Shown here piece after piece: positions 7,674 through 16,425 of a stretch of DNA of 24,784 bases; position 1 is the stretch's first letter; each line of letters starts with the position of its first letter. Under the pieces are notes generated by a model that saw only the letters and a list, made by a program, of their open reading frames with translations, had not been told where the DNA came from and did no database searches. The translations under genes and the position numbers were made by a program. This DNA comes from a virus (Duplodnaviria > Caudoviricetes). The stretch covers positions 1 to 24,784 of the IMG/VR virus record IMGVR_UViG_3300017766_002592. One strand, 5' to 3'.

Positions 7674-9251
7674 CTATATTTTACTTATTGTTGTTGATAA
7701 TTCAGGATCTTTCTGAAAGGCATCTTCAGAATTCTTTTTTTTCTTCATAATATTTTTAACGATTGCAGCTTTTCGTGATTCTTCTTTGATAGGAGCTTTC
7801 TTCATTAAATTTGTTTGTTTTTTCAATGCCATACGAGCAATATCACGAGCACGGGACATTGGGCTATGTTTTGCACCAGATTTGTCTGTTACAACTTTTT
7901 TAACTGTTGTATATGGCTTATCAAATGGCGGTTCTGTTGCTTCACTTACAGATTTCCAACCACCGCCCATGGCCTTGTATTTCTTTGCTGCCCAACCATT
8001 GGCATATGCCGATGGGTAAACATCAAACTTGGCTTTGGCCTGTGATTTTGCTTGAGCCCATTTCTCCGGTGATGTTGGCACATTCTTCTCATCAATCTGT
8101 TCAACTTCTTCGTGAACACCTACGCCAGCAGAATGTTTGATTTGATTAACGGCATCGTGGTGACTACGAAAGTCATCAATTTGGCCGTAATCATCATCAT
8201 CTTGTGGACTATGATAAGCAGTATGTGTGCCTGATGGTTTATGATGAACTACATAACCAATTTTTTTGCCGTTATGGTAAACACCATGCTCGGCTTCGGT
8301 TTTGTCATTGTGTTCTTTTTTAACTTCAATACCTTCTTCAATCTGTTCAACTTCTTCATTACGAGCTTTAGCTAAATTCTCTTTAGCAGAAATTGAATCT
8401 TTGCGTGGTGCCTTAACATCGGCCATAGTCAAAGGTTTTTCGCCTTTTTGTTTACGCAAATAAGCAGGAACATCAACTTTACTTACTTCATTTTTTGCTT
8501 CTTGATTGAGTGGTTTAACCATTACAGTTTTATTGCCTTTTTTAACTAAACCAGCTGGAGTTTCTTGGCTAATTTGTTCATCACCAACTTCTTTGGCTTC
8601 TTTAACTGGATGATAACCTTGTGGTTTTAGTTGCTTTGCTTTTTCAGGACTAACAACCAATTCTTTACCAGAAGTTTTGTGTTTTACTGTGACCGTTTTT
8701 ACTTCTTCACCAAATCTGGTGCTTCTTGGTGTATTACGAGGATCATTAAAATCTATACCAGAATCTCCTGATTTATAATGTTTCATAGTTTGATGATCCC
8801 ACTCAGTAGGAATGTTCAATTTCTTTGCAATATGTTGTGGTTTCATACCTGTGGTTGCATGGTGAATAATTTGTTTATCCATTTTATCTTCATTTACCAC
8901 TTCTTCGCTCATCTCTGCGGTCATATAATTGGCAACAGTAGAGATATAATCTTCTGCTAAAGTAATTTTGTTCTGACACCATTCTGGAAGATTGTCTGCA
9001 TCTTCAATCATGTCATGTAATTTCTTTGAATTGGCCATGATTGAACGCAAGTCAGATTTGGCCATATCACCTTCTTGGTCATATTCGCCTTCATCATACT
9101 TGTCCTTCTTTTCTTCTTTTAGTTTAACACTTGCACTATCAGAAGATTGACGAGGACTTACACCTGCCATGCTTGCAACATTATGAGGTTTGACAGGATG
9201 AAACCTGCCTTTCTCACGATGTTGCTCGGTAAGTTCTTTAAATTTTTTCAT
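7674..9251 (-). CDS. Modular internal-head/prohead-core-like protein (525 aa)
   Basis: MKKFKELTE start; short modules separated by EEVEQIEE, EEVEQIDE and VxE/IxE; includes a KFDVYPSAYANGWAAKKYKAMGGGW module (DUF5872-like by recall). Confidence 0.7.
   Translation of the reverse strand: MKKFKELTEQHREKGRFHPVKPHNVASMAGVSPRQSSDSASVKLKEEKKDKYDEGEYDQEGDMAKSDLRSIMANSKKLHDMIEDADNLPEWCQNKITLAEDYISTVANYMTAEMSEEVVNEDKMDKQIIHHATTGMKPQHIAKKLNIPTEWDHQTMKHYKSGDSGIDFNDPRNTPRSTRFGEEVKTVTVKHKTSGKELVVSPEKAKQLKPQGYHPVKEAKEVGDEQISQETPAGLVKKGNKTVMVKPLNQEAKNEVSKVDVPAYLRKQKGEKPLTMADVKAPRKDSISAKENLAKARNEEVEQIEEGIEVKKEHNDKTEAEHGVYHNGKKIGYVVHHKPSGTHTAYHSPQDDDDYGQIDDFRSHHDAVNQIKHSAGVGVHEEVEQIDEKNVPTSPEKWAQAKSQAKAKFDVYPSAYANGWAAKKYKAMGGGWKSVSEATEPPFDKPYTTVKKVVTDKSGAKHSPMSRARDIARMALKKQTNLMKKAPIKEESRKAAIVKNIMKKKKNSEDAFQKDPELSTTISKI
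8092..8357. repeat. Perfect 20-bp direct repeat TCAATCTGTTCAACTTCTTC, two copies 246 bp apart
   Basis: Copies at 8092-8111 and 8338-8357; both encode EEVEQI(D/E) on the minus strand, in frame. Confidence 0.85.
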
Positions 9252-9252
9252 T

Positions 9253-9855
9253 TTAGTCCTTCATAGCTTGTTTGGTTGCTGTGGCATACATTACTTCTTT
9301 TGCACGCTCACCATAACGCTCTTTGAAACCCTTCATACCTTTTTTCATTGACTTAACAATTTGTTCTTTTTTCTTCATTTCAGGTTCGGTCATTTGACGC
9401 TCTTCAATGTCAACCATTTCAACACCATTTGCGATGTCAGCATTAATAACTTGAATCTCTGTTTCTTCTTGTTTAATTGCTTGAACAGAAGCCGCAGCAA
9501 CATCAGCTTTTTCTTTGCCTACAGACTTTGCTTGAGCTTTTTTGATTTCTTTATTAAATTCTTCTTCTGTTGGTTCTTCAGCTATAACAGAAAGACCATG
9601 CTCTTTGTATGCAGCAATCATTTCAGAGAAGGTCATTGGTTTTTCTTGCTCAATTTCTTCTTCTACTTTTTTCTTAGAACGAAGAAGTTTGAAGTCGTGA
9701 GCATCAATCTTGTTGTTTTTGTTGGCATCAATCTTGTGTTGTTGGCCTTTTAATTCTTCTTCTAACATTTTTGGTTCTCCACTTACAGTTTCGCCAGCCA
9801 AAATTTTGGCAACGGCATCTGCAACATTACGAGTTTTTTGGTTGTCGAATTGCAT
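9253..9855 (-). CDS. Charged hypothetical protein, probable prohead/internal protein
   Basis: Start ATG 9855 with AAGGAG SD; EF-hand-like DANKNNKIDAHDF; C-terminal FKERYGERAKEVMYATATK; several (I/L)xE sites. Confidence 0.7.
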   Translation of the reverse strand: MQFDNQKTRNVADAVAKILAGETVSGEPKMLEEELKGQQHKIDANKNNKIDAHDFKLLRSKKKVEEEIEQEKPMTFSEMIAAYKEHGLSVIAEEPTEEEFNKEIKKAQAKSVGKEKADVAAASVQAIKQEETEIQVINADIANGVEMVDIEERQMTEPEMKKKEQIVKSMKKGMKGFKERYGERAKEVMYATATKQAMKD

Positions 9856-9874
9856 GTTTTTCTCCTTGTTTTTA

Positions 9875-11170
9875 TTATCTTGAAATTTCTTCCCAATCCA
9901 TTGCAGCGTAAATATCTGCACCGGCGGTACCTGTGGCACAACATAAAGTTAATTCGTAAGGTGTTCCTGCTAAACCATCTCTTTCTAATTGAAACTTGAA
10001 TAGTGCTTCTTTTAGAATATCTATTGGAACACTACTTTGTGTGGTTGCAGTTGAAAATCCTGATGCAAGAATTCTACCACCAGAAACAGTAGCAGAATCT
10101 AATTTATATTCAACAGCAGAATTTGGACCTGCACTAACCCAAGAACCACCAGATGTGGTTGCACTTGCTCGAACTTGCCAATTGTATATTGCATTGTTGG
10201 TAATACCCAATAATGATAGTGCTGTCATAATGATAATGGCATCAAGGGCTGTAGATTTTAGCCGTATTGAAACTAAATTGTAATAAGTTCCTGCAGCAGG
10301 TAAATCTGTTGGTGTTCCAACTACATTACCAACTGCTTGTTGTAAACCATTTAATTGATAACCGCCTTCTGAAATTACAGAAGAACATATTTGTTTCATT
10401 GTGCTACTATTTGCAGTTACACCAATATTTTTAATTTCTTGTCTTAATGGTAGTGATGCGGTTGTAATGTATGTTGTTTGGATTATATTTGAATGATTGA
10501 ATCTATGACATAAAATAATTTCACCATCAATGACAAATCCCATGCGAACAGTACCTAAGCCTAGCCACTCAATATCCATCCACATAATTTGTGCTTTGGT
10601 GAGGTCTAATATTCTACCTGATGGACCAGTTCCATCCATTTTATCTACACTCCAATTGGCCTGTGCAATTCTGTTTTCAACTGCACTGCCAGTAACATGA
10701 CTCCGTTCAACAAAACTAATTGATGAATTTGTTTGTTCTAGGTACATACCGTTGTTTGCACCAAAATATCCAGCTCTTTGTCTTAAATTGGTTTGTGGAG
10801 GTGCAAATACAAATGTATGAAAAATCAATAATGATTTACCTGGTTGATAAGAAAATACTTTTGTTGTTTCTCTAATGATTTCGGAGTTAGCTGTCGTATC
10901 AACATTTAAATTCATCAAACCTTCATATTCACTAAACACAACAGTTGTATTGGATGTATTGGATGTGGCCCAAAGATTATTATCTCTGTAACGATGTGAT
11001 GAATCAAATAATGTAAATGGTTCAGATACACGCAAACGACCAAAGGCATCTGTGGATGTGCCACCAGTTCCGCCTGTTACATTACCATACTTGTCTGCCA
11101 ACATAACAACTTCATAAATTGTTTTGTTAGTGTTTAAGTATTCGTTTGTATCTACTCTATATTGGGTCAC
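9875..11170 (-). CDS. Hypothetical beta-rich protein, probably virion-associated
   Basis: 431 aa, GTG start abutting the upstream stop; DAFGRLRVSEPFTLFDS, YQPGKS, WLGLGTVRMGF; Thr/Ser/Gly-rich; sits in the late block. Confidence 0.7.
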   Translation of the reverse strand: MTQYRVDTNEYLNTNKTIYEVVMLADKYGNVTGGTGGTSTDAFGRLRVSEPFTLFDSSHRYRDNNLWATSNTSNTTVVFSEYEGLMNLNVDTTANSEIIRETTKVFSYQPGKSLLIFHTFVFAPPQTNLRQRAGYFGANNGMYLEQTNSSISFVERSHVTGSAVENRIAQANWSVDKMDGTGPSGRILDLTKAQIMWMDIEWLGLGTVRMGFVIDGEIILCHRFNHSNIIQTTYITTASLPLRQEIKNIGVTANSSTMKQICSSVISEGGYQLNGLQQAVGNVVGTPTDLPAAGTYYNLVSIRLKSTALDAIIIMTALSLLGITNNAIYNWQVRASATTSGGSWVSAGPNSAVEYKLDSATVSGGRILASGFSTATTQSSVPIDILKEALFKFQLERDGLAGTPYELTLCCATGTAGADIYAAMDWEEISR

Positions 11171-11560
11171 TTAGCAGTTCCATTTCCTTAATGCTTTGTT
11201 GATACGGCTATCTGGATCATTTGCAGTTTTTGCCGATGTTAAACGCTTCTTCATTCCACCCATCCGAGCACAGAATGATTTACGGCGATTGGCTGCCTTT
11301 GAACCAGGTTTTAATTTACTTGGCTTTGTTGTAACTGCCATTGAAAGTTTTGAACCTGGATTTTCACGGCGATATGATTCAATACCTTTACGATTCAAAC
11401 CACCTGATTCAGATTTACCTTCTTTGCGTTGCCATGCAGCCACTTCATCAATTTGTTCTTCTTCTTTCACACAAGAACCTTTTGAGTAAGCTTTTTTGCC
11501 TGGAGTTTCTTTGTATCCATCCCAACATCTTTCGTCAATGAATGCTTTAAATGATTTCAT
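11171..11560 (-). CDS. Small basic protein with capsid-targeting-like N-terminus
   Basis: MKSFKAFIDE, CWDGY...C module, EEEQIDE linker, then AWQRKEGK...RRKSFCARMGGMK...SRINKALRKWNC (DUF6321-like by recall). Confidence 0.75.
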   Translation of the reverse strand: MKSFKAFIDERCWDGYKETPGKKAYSKGSCVKEEEQIDEVAAWQRKEGKSESGGLNRKGIESYRRENPGSKLSMAVTTKPSKLKPGSKAANRRKSFCARMGGMKKRLTSAKTANDPDSRINKALRKWNC

Positions 11561-11561
11561 A

Positions 11562-14069
11562 TTATCCTACAAATTTCTTTGCTTTGAATGATTGTAAATT
11601 TATGCCAACTTTTTTAAGTTCATCTTCTTTTTTGTCACCAATACTCATCGTAGTTTCATCACCAGTTAATTCTTCAAGTGGTTTCTTAATAGGTTTGATT
11701 CTAGTAATACCGCCTCTTGTTGAATTTTCTCCTGATGATGCCATTGAAAGACCAGGTTCAATACCTTTATCAATGGACTCTTTTACTTTCTCTTTTTGTT
11801 TGGTGCGGATTTGGCCGAGTGTGATTTTTTGACTTGACCGGCCGGTTTCTTGGGTTGATGTGGTGCTTGGGCCGGTGATGCCTTCACCTCTGGCGTACTC
11901 TTGGCCGCTGGTAAGCTCGGCAACTCCTTCGTTGGTTCTGGCTCCGTATTTTTTGGTTTCAATTTCAAATAATTGATTAGTGCTTTGAACATAGTCGTTC
12001 TCCTCATTAAGTTTAATTACATAGCCATTTTTATAGGGCATGACTGTGCCATTAATTGTGTGTGCTTGTTTAGCCGCAGCTCTACGAAGCATAAATGTTC
12101 TTACTTTACCATCACTATCTTTGAATAGTTTGGCTTGTTTTTTTTCTTCTTCAAAATTATCATAATCAACTTCATCGATTCTTGTACCAAGCAACAATAA
12201 ATTCATAGCACTAGAATCGGATAAAGAATAAGATTCTGATAATTTACCTTTGCCATAATTTGATACATTAATTGGTTCACCTTTACGCTCAGGATTTGGA
12301 TCATGTTTACGTTTGGCACGAACCGCAGATGCTCTTTCTTTTTTAGATAGAGATTCACGCTTGGCTCTTGACATACATTTTGGTTTTGGTTCGCCTGGTT
12401 CTCTCGCACAAGGACCAATTGCTTCACCTTTACTGTTGATTCTTTTCCAATCACCGGCTGGGTCTGTTTTGCTAAACCATTTACGCAAATCTTCAGAAAA
12501 CACTTCTTCAAATTCTTCATTGACATTTTTCTTTGGTGTGCCAGATGAACTTGAAATTGGAATATTTGGTTGTTGTGGTTCTTCTTTTTGTACTTCAACC
12601 AATTTATCATGTATGGAACGATGTGTAACTTTACCATTGCGACCATAACGGCCAAATCCATAATATTGTAATCCCATTTGGCGAGCTTCATCAGCTGCAG
12701 CTGAACTTGGATGTGGAAGCATTTCTGCGCCTCCTTTTGGCACAGGCAACTTATCTGACAAATCTAACTCATGTGCAACCCACAAAGATGCTGCTTCTGA
12801 TTTTGGCGGTTCTGCTATAAACTGTTGAACACTTTTGTAGAGATTTAACATTTCATCTTTTTTGGCTTTTACAACTTCGGGTGGTGCATTTCTCAAATCT
12901 TCAGAGTTATCGAATTCAACATAACGGTTACCAAATAATTTTGCTAGTTCTGGCCTGGCATTTTGTACCGCTTCCCATTTTTGTCTGCGAATATTTTCAG
13001 GTACAGTACGGCCTCCTCTTTGGCCTCTTTCAATGTTTCTTTGTGCTGAAACATCATCATTTGTGTTTACCATAATCATGGAAGTATCGTAACCGATTTC
13101 TTCTAATCTTCCTTTGATACGAGCAATTTTTTCGTAGTCATCACCCGTACCGTTAATAATTAAACCATTTCGTCCAGTTAAAGAAAGCCTTTGCTTTAAT
13201 TCAGTCATGTTCTTAGCACGATTACGGACAATATCTCGTTTTTCTGCTTCAGATGCCGGCATTGTTTTGTCAAGGCTGTTTTTGTCCATCAAAAACTCTA
13301 ATGCTTTATCTGAATTGATTTCTGTTAAGCCGTGACCTGCAAGTGTGTTATCAAGCACATAATCTTTACCTGAACCAGGACCACCAGCTAAAAACATTGC
13401 TTTGAAAATAGCCTTATCATGGACACCCTCAACAAGCAATTGCTCAAAATCTAAATTAACATCTTCTTTAACACCCATGCCTTTGCGAACATGGTCGTAC
13501 ATTTCTTTCGCATGAGCATCAGACATTTTTGATGGCACACCAGAACGAAAGGCTTTAAAATTGCCTTTTGAAGCATGTTCTCTCATTTTACTGGCTGACA
13601 TACCTTCTACACCTTCGGCATCTGGATCTCGGTCACCAGCAGAATGAACTTCAATGTGTTTGAAGTTATAAGAACCATGTGGTCCTTTTACACCATTATA
13701 TTTGTGTAGGAGTTTGTGATATTCTTCGGCACGGTCTGAACCGCCAACCATATGGAAATGTGTTACACCTTGTTTGTGTAACTTTGCGGCTTGTGCTAGA
13801 AAATTTGGTGCTGAAGCATCTGATGCCGATACATTGACACCAGGAAAAGCACGCTTGGCGTGTTTGAGTTTTTGAGCGGAAGTAAGAGGATTCTTTTGAG
13901 GGTCTTGGGAGTGTGAAACAACTATATGAGCAGAACCGCCAACTTTTTTGGCAATTTCTTGTACTTTATTGACGAGTTTTTCATGGCCAACAGTAATAGG
14001 ATTTAACCTACCAAAGGCCATGACTGCGTGTTTTTCTTTCGCTTCCCGTAGGAAATCGTTAAATCTCAT
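11562..14069 (-). CDS. Fusion of HxGH-superfamily (cytidylyltransferase/NMNAT-like) nucleotidyltransferase, P-loop kinase (zeta toxin/PNK-like) and small C-terminal modules
   Basis: FGRLNPITVGHEKL, VGGSDR and MSASKMRE (NTase); FLAGGPGSGKD, INSD, LIINGTG and RNIERGQRGGRTVPE (kinase); GGGAG SD; late promoter upstream. Confidence 0.85.
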   Translation of the reverse strand: MRFNDFLREAKEKHAVMAFGRLNPITVGHEKLVNKVQEIAKKVGGSAHIVVSHSQDPQKNPLTSAQKLKHAKRAFPGVNVSASDASAPNFLAQAAKLHKQGVTHFHMVGGSDRAEEYHKLLHKYNGVKGPHGSYNFKHIEVHSAGDRDPDAEGVEGMSASKMREHASKGNFKAFRSGVPSKMSDAHAKEMYDHVRKGMGVKEDVNLDFEQLLVEGVHDKAIFKAMFLAGGPGSGKDYVLDNTLAGHGLTEINSDKALEFLMDKNSLDKTMPASEAEKRDIVRNRAKNMTELKQRLSLTGRNGLIINGTGDDYEKIARIKGRLEEIGYDTSMIMVNTNDDVSAQRNIERGQRGGRTVPENIRRQKWEAVQNARPELAKLFGNRYVEFDNSEDLRNAPPEVVKAKKDEMLNLYKSVQQFIAEPPKSEAASLWVAHELDLSDKLPVPKGGAEMLPHPSSAAADEARQMGLQYYGFGRYGRNGKVTHRSIHDKLVEVQKEEPQQPNIPISSSSGTPKKNVNEEFEEVFSEDLRKWFSKTDPAGDWKRINSKGEAIGPCAREPGEPKPKCMSRAKRESLSKKERASAVRAKRKHDPNPERKGEPINVSNYGKGKLSESYSLSDSSAMNLLLLGTRIDEVDYDNFEEEKKQAKLFKDSDGKVRTFMLRRAAAKQAHTINGTVMPYKNGYVIKLNEENDYVQSTNQLFEIETKKYGARTNEGVAELTSGQEYARGEGITGPSTTSTQETGRSSQKITLGQIRTKQKEKVKESIDKGIEPGLSMASSGENSTRGGITRIKPIKKPLEELTGDETTMSIGDKKEDELKKVGINLQSFKAKKFVG
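11783..11992 (-). CDS. Probable overprinted 69-aa Lys/Pro/Ala-rich protein inside the 835-aa gene
   Basis: GAGGAG SD (12005-12000) 7 nt before ATG 11992; amphipathic MFKALINYLKL then a K/P/A-rich tail; sequence locally more GC-rich than flanks. Confidence 0.55.
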   Translation of the reverse strand: MFKALINYLKLKPKNTEPEPTKELPSLPAAKSTPEVKASPAQAPHQPKKPAGQVKKSHSAKSAPNKKRK

Positions 14070-14104
14070 ATTTCTCCCGCCTCTACAGCGTTATGTTGAT
14101 AGTG

Positions 14105-14112
14105 TATTTATA
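14105..14112 (-). promoter_or_regulatory. T4-type late promoter TATAAATA
   Basis: Exact gp55 consensus; intergenic, about 36 nt upstream of ATG 14069. Confidence 0.85.
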
Positions 14113-14113
14113 A

Positions 14114-14698
14114 TCATTTAACCTTGTGTAACCAACTTGCCCAGCCTACATTGAAAATTTCAATGTCATTTTTATTTGGAAAAATTTCATCAACTGCTTT
14201 TCTAACACCATTAAATTCTTCAGTCTGGTCAATATCATGGCCACCAATGAATCCACCTGATTTTACTTTTGGCAACCATGCAAGAATATCTTCTTTGACG
14301 GCTTCATACAAATGTGACCCATCAATGAAAACAAAGAACAAGCTTTTATCTTCATATAGTTTTGCAGCTTCTACACTTGGCATTTTTACTGGTGTAACAA
14401 TATGTTTAACTGGTTCTATGTTCTTTATAAACTCATTATATAGTGTATTGTTTTTAATTGATTCATCATTCATAATAACTGATTCGCCAGGTGAACCTTC
14501 CCATGTGTCAACAGAATCGATTGTTATGTTTTTACCAGAATTGATAATCTCAACGGCTGCATAACAAATTGATTTGCCTTTCCATGCACCAATTTCAACA
14601 TATTTTTCAGGTGAGTTTGATGGTGTATAAGTGATTATATCATCATATACATTTTCATAATTAAAATATCCAGGCACAGTTTTATAAAAATGTTCCAT
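14114..14698 (-). CDS. Class I SAM-dependent methyltransferase (Methyltransf_24-like)
   Basis: VEIGAWKGKS, VDTW, FIDGSHLYEAVKEDI, GGFIGGHD. Confidence 0.9.
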   Translation of the reverse strand: MEHFYKTVPGYFNYENVYDDIITYTPSNSPEKYVEIGAWKGKSICYAAVEIINSGKNITIDSVDTWEGSPGESVIMNDESIKNNTLYNEFIKNIEPVKHIVTPVKMPSVEAAKLYEDKSLFFVFIDGSHLYEAVKEDILAWLPKVKSGGFIGGHDIDQTEEFNGVRKAVDEIFPNKNDIEIFNVGWASWLHKVK

Positions 14699-15321
14699 TA
14701 TTCTCCAACAATAAACGCATTACCAAATGGATGTGGTTTCGTCCAATTTTCTTTTAAATGGCCAAATTCATAATCAAAATATTTAATTTTGAAACCAGCT
14801 TCAACCAAAGTTGTTAACCACCATTCTTCAGGTTCTCTTACAACATGCGTAACATCCATCTCATATTCTCGAATACGATATCTTTTGCCGTCACCTAAAG
14901 GAACAGCAACAAATATTGTTTTACATCTACGCCTTAATTCAATTAAAACTTCAGGAATCAAGTCTTTTGGAATATGTTCTAATACATCTTTTGCAATAAT
15001 TAAATCCCAACCACCTTTAATATCTTGAGCAGTTTCAATTACAGATAGATATTTTTCCACTCTTGGATGGCAATTTTTTACTGCATACTCTGATACATCA
15101 ACACCATGTGCTTCTTTACCAAGAAGCCGCAAAGCGTATACCATAAATCCCTTTGCACATCCATAGTCTAATACTGTATCAAATTTGATATTATTAATGA
15201 TTGAAGAAGCTTCACGAATTGTGCGTTCAGGCATCCATCTATAGTTTTCGTAAGCGCTTACACGATGACGAACACCATCTTCAAAATACTTTTCATCAAA
15301 TACATTTTTAAGCGAATTCAT
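14698..15321 (-). CDS. Class I SAM-dependent methyltransferase
   Basis: VLDYGCAKGF, GVDVSEYA, DLIIAKDVLEHIP. Confidence 0.9.
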   Translation of the reverse strand: MNSLKNVFDEKYFEDGVRHRVSAYENYRWMPERTIREASSIINNIKFDTVLDYGCAKGFMVYALRLLGKEAHGVDVSEYAVKNCHPRVEKYLSVIETAQDIKGGWDLIIAKDVLEHIPKDLIPEVLIELRRRCKTIFVAVPLGDGKRYRIREYEMDVTHVVREPEEWWLTTLVEAGFKIKYFDYEFGHLKENWTKPHPFGNAFIVGE

Positions 15322-16423
15322 TATGTCTGGTCTCCGTTACTACATCGTCAATTAATTCATTTTGATATGCATATTTGCAGAATGAACATCCATGGTGTCT
15401 ACGACTTACGCCGGCACCACCAACTTGTGAATTATAAAAATCTGTAATTCCAGCAATATCAGAAATCTTAAATTCTTCATTTACTGCATAGTTGTTCTCA
15501 GGTGCCAATTCAGCAGAAGGACAAACATACACATTACCATCTGTAAACACACAAGGTTTAACCATGTGCATATAACAGTTATCATTTCTACGAACACCTT
15601 TAAAGTTAAAGTCTGACAAGAAAGCATACTTCAACTTGCCATTTTTTTCTTCGTGTTTAGCAATCAACTCACCAATTTTAAGAATATCTTTCTGTACTTC
15701 TTCTACAGATTTAATTGCATTGAAGGCAATACGACATGGGATTTTCTTTTCTTCAACCCACGCCAACATTTTCATAAAGTTTTCTTCTTTGTATGAATTA
15801 GATGCAAGTTTTTTGGCTTTCGTATCAGTCCACTCACCAGTAATATTTGGGTTAGTAGAAGTTTCTGTTGCACCATCCCAAACATATGCGGCTGAAATTT
15901 CAATGTCTAATCCTTCAAATACTTCAAGGTGATACTCATATGGTTTCTTTTCATCCCATGAATACATGCCAAGACGAACCCAAGATAACATATGCCAGTT
16001 TTTAACTTTCTTCAATCGTGAACCATTCGTACAGATACCAATTTTTAGACCACGACTATGTGCATGAGCAATCGCTTCATCTAGTTGTGGATGTAATGTT
16101 GGTTCACCGCCGCCTGTAAACTCCATGCCTAAAACACCAAGGTCTGCAAACTGGTCAATTGCAGATTTCATTTGGTCTAGTGTTAGCATCTCTTTCATTG
16201 CACGATTAGCGAAACAACAGAAAGAACAAGTTAGATTACATGGATTGGCAGGTGACATGTGAAACATGACAGGCTTTGGTCTACCACCATCTTGAATGAT
16301 TTGTAACCTATCCATGTGTTTCAACAACTTTACATGATTACTTGTGTAACTGCGACCTTGAACCTTGTCGTCAGGAACTTTTTGCTTCTTTTTCATTATC
16401 GCACTTGCATTAATTACTTGCAT
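15308..16423 (-). CDS. Radical SAM protein with C-terminal SPASM/twitch-type domain
   Basis: CNLTCSFC (CxxxCxxC), FTGGGEPTLHP, CTNG; C-terminal CYMH...DGNVYVCP...CSFC. Confidence 0.93.
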   Translation of the reverse strand: MQVINASAIMKKKQKVPDDKVQGRSYTSNHVKLLKHMDRLQIIQDGGRPKPVMFHMSPANPCNLTCSFCCFANRAMKEMLTLDQMKSAIDQFADLGVLGMEFTGGGEPTLHPQLDEAIAHAHSRGLKIGICTNGSRLKKVKNWHMLSWVRLGMYSWDEKKPYEYHLEVFEGLDIEISAAYVWDGATETSTNPNITGEWTDTKAKKLASNSYKEENFMKMLAWVEEKKIPCRIAFNAIKSVEEVQKDILKIGELIAKHEEKNGKLKYAFLSDFNFKGVRRNDNCYMHMVKPCVFTDGNVYVCPSAELAPENNYAVNEEFKISDIAGITDFYNSQVGGAGVSRRHHGCSFCKYAYQNELIDDVVTETRHNEFA

Positions 16424-16425
16424 AA

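Noticed and set aside
12203-12691. 162-aa alternative-frame ORF inside the 835-aa gene
   Set aside because: No SD, and composition is that expected from a shifted Glu/Lys-rich frame, unlike the 11783-11992 ORF.
12800-13430. Zeta toxin of a toxin-antitoxin pair
   Set aside because: The kinase is an internal domain of a late fusion protein with no recognisable antitoxin; zeta-like substrate specificity cannot be inferred from the P-loop alone.
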